A DNA stretch of 64,000 nt, taken from contig JAANOX010000046.1 of NCBI GenBank assembly GCA_020184695.1, positions 78,466-142,465 on the forward strand, given 5' to 3'. Below, piece after piece: positions 58,845 through 64,000 of the stretch (its first letter is position 1; each line of letters starts with the position of its first letter). The stretch is from Histomonas meleagridis 2922-C6/04-290x. Taxonomy: Eukaryota > Protista > Parabasalia. Below the pieces are notes generated by a model. The model had not been told where the DNA came from, ran no database searches, and saw only the letters and a program-made list of their open reading frames with translations. Made by a program: the position numbers and the translations under genes.

Positions 58845-61800
58845 TCAATTTTGAGGTTCTATATTCATCAAAGCCTCCAACGGCTCCAGCGACACACTTT
58901 TATCCTGTTCCTTCTTCTCCTTTTTCTTATCACATTTTGGTATTACAGTTGCCACTGTCTTTGCGATTTCGTTCTGCGGTGTTGCGAAACGAGTCAATTC
59001 CTGCGAGAAGTAAAACGACTTCATAGCCGAGACCGACGTTTCTCTTACCAAAGCCGGCAAAATCGTTTTGTTCACGACTATTGAGTATCTGAGTGGCCCG
59101 AACCAACCCAACTCTTCGTTTCTCCAATGTATATCCACGTGGAATAGTCCTGTGTTCAATGGGTATATCACTATATGTGCCTTATTGAACTGTGATGTTA
59201 TCGTTGTTATATCATAATCTTTCCCTTGTTCACACCATACTATATGTATATGATCATTTCCTATATGACGTTTCTTATAAATTTGTTGTTCATCTTTATA
59301 GTCAGTTGGTATTAATGGGGCAATATGAAACATTATCTCATCTAAGAAATCACTATAGTATATACTGGTGGTGCCATTCCGATTTAAGTCCATGCCACCA
59401 TCATACCCGGAATGCGTTCGTAACTCTATAGGCCATCCTAATCCTAATATGAACTCTTTGAAATGTGTAGAAGTTTCTTCAATTGTTGTGGCTAAGATTT
59501 GATTTTGATTTTCAACATTAGGACCAACATAAACAACACCGATTTTAACACCTAATCGATGCGTTTCTTTTTGAAGTTTCTCAATAGTAGCGGATGTATT
59601 TGGATCTAAATGGAAGAAGTTTTCAGGATGATTTAATGGATAACGACCACAAGCTGTAAGTGCTCCTGCAATTGAATTAGTTGGTATTATAACTGGATAT
59701 GGTAATTTAATTGTGTTATCATCATTAGAAGTAATTTCAGTATTATTATCAATTTCTTCAATAATTGAATTCAAATGATAATCATCTGTAGGGAATATAT
59801 CCGTTTCAAATGATTCTTCTTTAAATTCTTCTTTATAATCACTTAATAATTGATTAAAAACATCATTGAATTCTTTCTCATATTCATTCTCTATAGATGG
59901 TATAATATTTTCATTTGTTGTGGTGACGGGAACGTTAACAGGGGTGCCCTGTTGTTCTTTGTAAAGTTGTGAATCGATCCCTTTGAATTTGTAAACAAAG
60001 TTCCCTGAAATCCCTTGAAATGCAATTTCGACTTCATCATTTTGATTATAATAAGGATGAATTATAGTTTCTGAAGTTGAAAATATTTCACTTAATTTAC
60101 CCTTTTCTTTAATTGTAGGTTGATGATGAGTTGGGAAAGAAGAAGTTTGAGGGAAAGGATAACCACCATAATAAATAGTTAATAAAGAAATCAAATTATT
60201 AATTAAAGAATTTATGTTATTCGAAAACAATTTCTTTTTAGAAGAAGTTGATAAAAATTCACAATACTTTTGATAATAATTTGATGAATGAGTAATTTTA
60301 TAATTATATATATATAAATTTGAAACTAATTGTATCAAATAAAATTGCCAAGTTTCTTTCGATGTTTCTTTTTCATCAAGTTTAATAGTAATATCAGTCA
60401 TAGTTTCAATAAATCGTAAATATTCTTTCGGAATTAATTCTTGGAAAGTTTCCGAATAATTTAATAATGATTGAATAGTAAATATTGCTTCAATAGATTC
60501 ATCATTAATAGCTTCTAATAAAAAATCCAAAATTTTGATGATTACTTTAACATTTTGTGTTTGTTGTGATAATTCATCTGCTATTAATATACTATAAGCA
60601 GGTAATATTAATTTCCAATCTTTAATTTCTTGTAATTTAAATATGAAGTTAATACATCTTTCACGTGAATTATTACCTTTAAACATATTTAAATAATCAT
60701 CAATATAATTATATGAATCTGATTCAATTAATTTAATTAATGAATTTATATAATTATCTGGAAAATTAGTCGAGAATTTAAATAATGGTATCGATGTAAT
60801 AAATGATATATATGACTCATTAATAGGTATTAATTCTTTCTCACATAAATTTAACATGATATTAGTTAACATTGTTGATCCTTCAAATGAATTTTGTAAT
60901 GTAACAACTGATGCTTGAAATCCCATTTCACGACATTCTTCAAATCGACTTAACATCATTAAGATTAATGATGCATACCAATTAGAATAATCAATGTTTG
61001 TTAAATATGGCTCAATCTCTATATGATTAATTAAATCACTTAAGATCGAAAACGACATTTTACGGATTTGTTGATTATTTTGTGTTAATATCGAATTAAA
61101 TAATCGTCGTGAACATAATGCATAAGGCGCTGATCGATTATATTGTATTGTAGTAGGTATTAATCGAAGTTGGACAAACATTTGACAAAATGAAATAATA
61201 ATTGCAAAACAATTCTCTTCTTGATTTGGTGTTTCAAATGTTTTATAATTACTAAATGTATCTAAAAATGATATTAATAATGTTTTGATATTTTGCTTAT
61301 CACTAAATGTTAATGGTATAATTTGTATCTTTGATATCATTTTCTCATATTGATTAAATGGTTCATAATATGCTTTAATGTTTTTATGGACAAATTCTTC
61401 CGGTTTCTTAACTATCATTTCAAAGTTTTCCGCAATGTAATCATGTGGAGTAGATTGTCGTGTCCTTTGTTTACGTCTTTTATGATTTGTACATGCTTCA
61501 CGTGCTTCTTCAAAATTAATTTCAAACTCATATGGAAATGAATACACCGCTAAATATTGCGCGTAATGTGCTGTGATTGCTGATAACGCATCACTTTTAA
61601 CTATTAAATATACTAATTTCTCCCATACGATGTTGGACCAATTCTTATTAGAGATATAATGATTTAATAAGTTCATCATAATAAACCCTAAACTTGTAAT
61701 ATGACTTGGATTATCTGTAAATAATTGGACAATGATATCAATGGCTTTTTCTTCACCAAAAAATTGTGTTATTGTTTTAACATATTCTCCAACAAATACA

Positions 61801-62825
61801 AATGATGATGTAGTAAATTTGGAATTGGATTGGAAATTAGAATCATCTGAATAAACATATGTTAATAAACTAATAAATGTGTTACAGACATTATAAGCAA
61901 AATTGGGATCATCGTTCTGTAAGATTTCAATATAATAATTGGAACAATAAATATAAATCAAGATTTCAATGGATGAAATTAAGTCCGCTTGATTTTTATA
62001 TGTAATGGATAAACCTGATATACCTAATAATAAGAGGGAGTTTCGGTTGTACGATAGGAATTTGACAAAGTCAAATTTGGAGCCCGTTAAGCCATAGAAG
62101 AATTCAATTATGATGTGATAAAAAGTATATGGAGGTAAGCCAGAGAATCCAATGGATTTGGCAGTGATGTTTTGTGTGGAAAGAACACCTTTAAAAATGA
62201 CATTAAGAACATGTTCATTCAATAATTGAATGGCATTAATGGTGTTACTATCCCAATTCTCTTTGATAAATTGGAGAAAGCGTTTAAGATCAACTACACA
62301 ATCTTCTTGGGTACCAACTGGAGCTGATGGATCAATTATTGGTGATAAAGAAAGTGGATCGATTATGATCGATTTGATTTTTTGTATCCCTTCATCACTG
62401 GATGAGTATCTATAGTATGGAACAAGTAAACTTAATGCATTAGAAAATTTATCAATTTGTTCTTGAGAAAGTTTGGAAATAATCATGAAAAAGTAGCCCA
62501 TCATTTGCGTTCTGATTGGTGTTGATGTTTCTGGATGGAAAAAATTACAAAAAATTTTGTTAATTAAAGGAAAGAATTCGTCCTTATAATGATGTGCTTT
62601 GGTTTCGGGAATAACCTTTTGAAGTGCGTTGTAAATTTGTTTAAATCCTGCAAACTTACTACGCTTAAAAAGACCATCTTTTGATGGTGTAATAGCTAAT
62701 TTCTGTATATAATCATAAAATAATCCCCAGAAAGAGCCAAAGTCATTGGCCAGAAAGGATTCTATGTTAAAATTCCTATCTGTATTTATGGTTTTAAGGA
62801 AAGCCTTAAAAGGGTTGCTCGGCAT
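58845..62825 (-). CDS. Rap/Ran-GAP-domain protein, RalGAP-alpha/TSC2-like
   Basis: KIGVVYV...GLGW..ELRTHSGYDGGMD...EIMFHIA...KKRHIGNDHIHIVW with the Asn-thumb intact. ATG at 62825. Confidence 0.85.
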   Translation of the reverse strand: MPSNPFKAFLKTINTDRNFNIESFLANDFGSFWGLFYDYIQKLAITPSKDGLFKRSKFAGFKQIYNALQKVIPETKAHHYKDEFFPLINKIFCNFFHPETSTPIRTQMMGYFFMIISKLSQEQIDKFSNALSLLVPYYRYSSSDEGIQKIKSIIIDPLSLSPIIDPSAPVGTQEDCVVDLKRFLQFIKENWDSNTINAIQLLNEHVLNVIFKGVLSTQNITAKSIGFSGLPPYTFYHIIIEFFYGLTGSKFDFVKFLSYNRNSLLLLGISGLSITYKNQADLISSIEILIYIYCSNYYIEILQNDDPNFAYNVCNTFISLLTYVYSDDSNFQSNSKFTTSSFVFVGEYVKTITQFFGEEKAIDIIVQLFTDNPSHITSLGFIMMNLLNHYISNKNWSNIVWEKLVYLIVKSDALSAITAHYAQYLAVYSFPYEFEINFEEAREACTNHKRRKQRTRQSTPHDYIAENFEMIVKKPEEFVHKNIKAYYEPFNQYEKMISKIQIIPLTFSDKQNIKTLLISFLDTFSNYKTFETPNQEENCFAIIISFCQMFVQLRLIPTTIQYNRSAPYALCSRRLFNSILTQNNQQIRKMSFSILSDLINHIEIEPYLTNIDYSNWYASLILMMLSRFEECREMGFQASVVTLQNSFEGSTMLTNIMLNLCEKELIPINESYISFITSIPLFKFSTNFPDNYINSLIKLIESDSYNYIDDYLNMFKGNNSRERCINFIFKLQEIKDWKLILPAYSILIADELSQQTQNVKVIIKILDFLLEAINDESIEAIFTIQSLLNYSETFQELIPKEYLRFIETMTDITIKLDEKETSKETWQFYLIQLVSNLYIYNYKITHSSNYYQKYCEFLSTSSKKKLFSNNINSLINNLISLLTIYYGGYPFPQTSSFPTHHQPTIKEKGKLSEIFSTSETIIHPYYNQNDEVEIAFQGISGNFVYKFKGIDSQLYKEQQGTPVNVPVTTTNENIIPSIENEYEKEFNDVFNQLLSDYKEEFKEESFETDIFPTDDYHLNSIIEEIDNNTEITSNDDNTIKLPYPVIIPTNSIAGALTACGRYPLNHPENFFHLDPNTSATIEKLQKETHRLGVKIGVVYVGPNVENQNQILATTIEETSTHFKEFILGLGWPIELRTHSGYDGGMDLNRNGTTSIYYSDFLDEIMFHIAPLIPTDYKDEQQIYKKRHIGNDHIHIVWCEQGKDYDITTITSQFNKAHIVIYPLNTGLFHVDIHWRNEELGWFGPLRYSIVVNKTILPALVRETSVSAMKSFYFSQELTRFATPQNEIAKTVATVIPKCDKKKEKKEQDKSVSLEPLEALMNIEPQN

Positions 62826-63039
62826 CTGCCACTTTTTCCAAACCACAGTAATTTCAGTTATTAAATTCAAAAGTCTATGAGCTGTGGCTAGCTTTTTAAC
62901 TTGATAAATTGACTAATAGAAAAAAATGTGAATCGTTTAAAAAAACAATTACTTTTTGAATCAATCATAATCGTGTATTCTTCAAATTTCAATCGAAAAG
63001 ATTTCCCATGTGCTTGAGAATTCTTGTTGTGCATTTGGT

Positions 63040-63520
63040 TCGCAAAGTTGAAGAAAGAAGAAATAAAAATTGGACATCTTTAGAATGTATTGTCCTAATT
63101 TTGCTTGAAGAAATGGATATCAAAATTTATGTGCAAAAAAAATTGTGCCGAGTTTTAGACGATTGGCAACTTCTTCTGGTTTGAGTAAACCTGGAAGATC
63201 CTGCTTGTTCACATAAACTAAAAAAATTGCTCATTGGATTCCTTTAAAGGACACGTTATGGAGTTCATAACGTTATGCTTCATCAATACAACAAACATCA
63301 CTGGAGCCAACAATACAAATGACCACCAGCGCACATTTTACCACGTAAAAATTCTATGATCAAAATCTTTTTAGTTAACATCTCAAAGTGTAAGAGAATT
63401 ATTTTTTGTAATAATTGGTTCAACATTAAAGCCAGCTGATGATATTGCATTCACAAACATCCCAATTTTCATATATATATAAGTACTGTTTAAGCAGCAC
63501 CATCAAGAATATGATGCAGC
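63040..63520 (-). pseudogene. Arf/Arl-family GTPase pseudogene
   Basis: LDGAA*T (G1), AGFNVEPI..KN..LTL*DV (switch/G3), VICIVGSSD...IDEA*RYELH and AIFLVYVNKQDLPG.LKPEEVANRLKL. Multiple stops and frameshifts. Confidence 0.75.
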
Positions 63521-64000
63521 GGTGATTATTTGGATCATGTTCGACTTCAATACCTTCTTCACCTAGGTAAGAATATTCCGAATAATGTATTGAGGAAGAT
63601 GATGGGAAATGTACGAGTGAAGGCTGTGGGGATTTATTGGAGAGGAGTGCGAGGAATTTTCTTGAGAATGCGCTGGTGATGTTTGTGTATGTTTTTCTTG
63701 TGATTCCGAGGTTCCTCAGAGGGAGGCTTTCAATTCTTCGTGGTTCAAATTTCTGGGTTAATCACTTTTTCATAACAGTTGTTGACTAAATGAGTACTTG
63801 ATTTTTCTAACAGTTTGAAAGAAACAGATTGAATACTTGTTGGGTGGGTTTGAAACAACTGTTAACGTTTATGTGTTGAAATTAACGGCGTTTTTTTCCT
63901 GCCAAACCCACTCAATAAAAGCGAATTCACGTATCTCTGTTCGGCCAAATATACTATGAAAAATCAGTACAATTTTGATTCAATTTTCGTCTTGTCCATG

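Overview
AT-rich eukaryotic genomic DNA from a hydrogenosome-bearing parabasalid (trichomonad-type). Evidence: BspA/TpLRR surface proteins, DUF3447-ankyrin genes, a mitochondrial-type Hsp70 with a short ML...RLF presequence, a Tom40-like barrel, Inr/M3-like core promoter motifs and one intron with the trichomonad ACTAACACACAG 3' motif. The species cannot be fixed from the sequence alone. About 25 mostly intronless protein genes are present: TLDc protein, giant repeat protein with CFAP97-like head, DNAL1, Hsp70, importin-beta-like, neurofibromin-like RasGAP, CARMIL-like LRR, UTP7, EMC1-like, NXF1-like, two BspA, TBC, Chibby-like, Rho, LisH/FOP-like, UBC9, Rab, Tom40, methyltransferase, DHHC-type, CLK kinase and RalGAP/TSC2-like. 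There is also a decayed pogo-like DNA transposon and several small-GTPase relics. Two unannotated systems stand out. (1) Ankyrin arrays are built of stop-free 30-codon blocks separated by AT-rich, frame-breaking spacers with no usable GT-AG. By hand count 14 of 18 spacers are exactly 80 nt even where two of them are only 60% identical, and they carry a TTTGG motif a fixed 21 nt before the next block. These are candidate non-canonical introns or bypassed elements. (2) A canonical 96-nt spliceosomal intron lies 34 nt downstream of the CLK kinase stop codon and appears to contain a box C/D snoRNA. All domain calls are by eye, with no database searches run.
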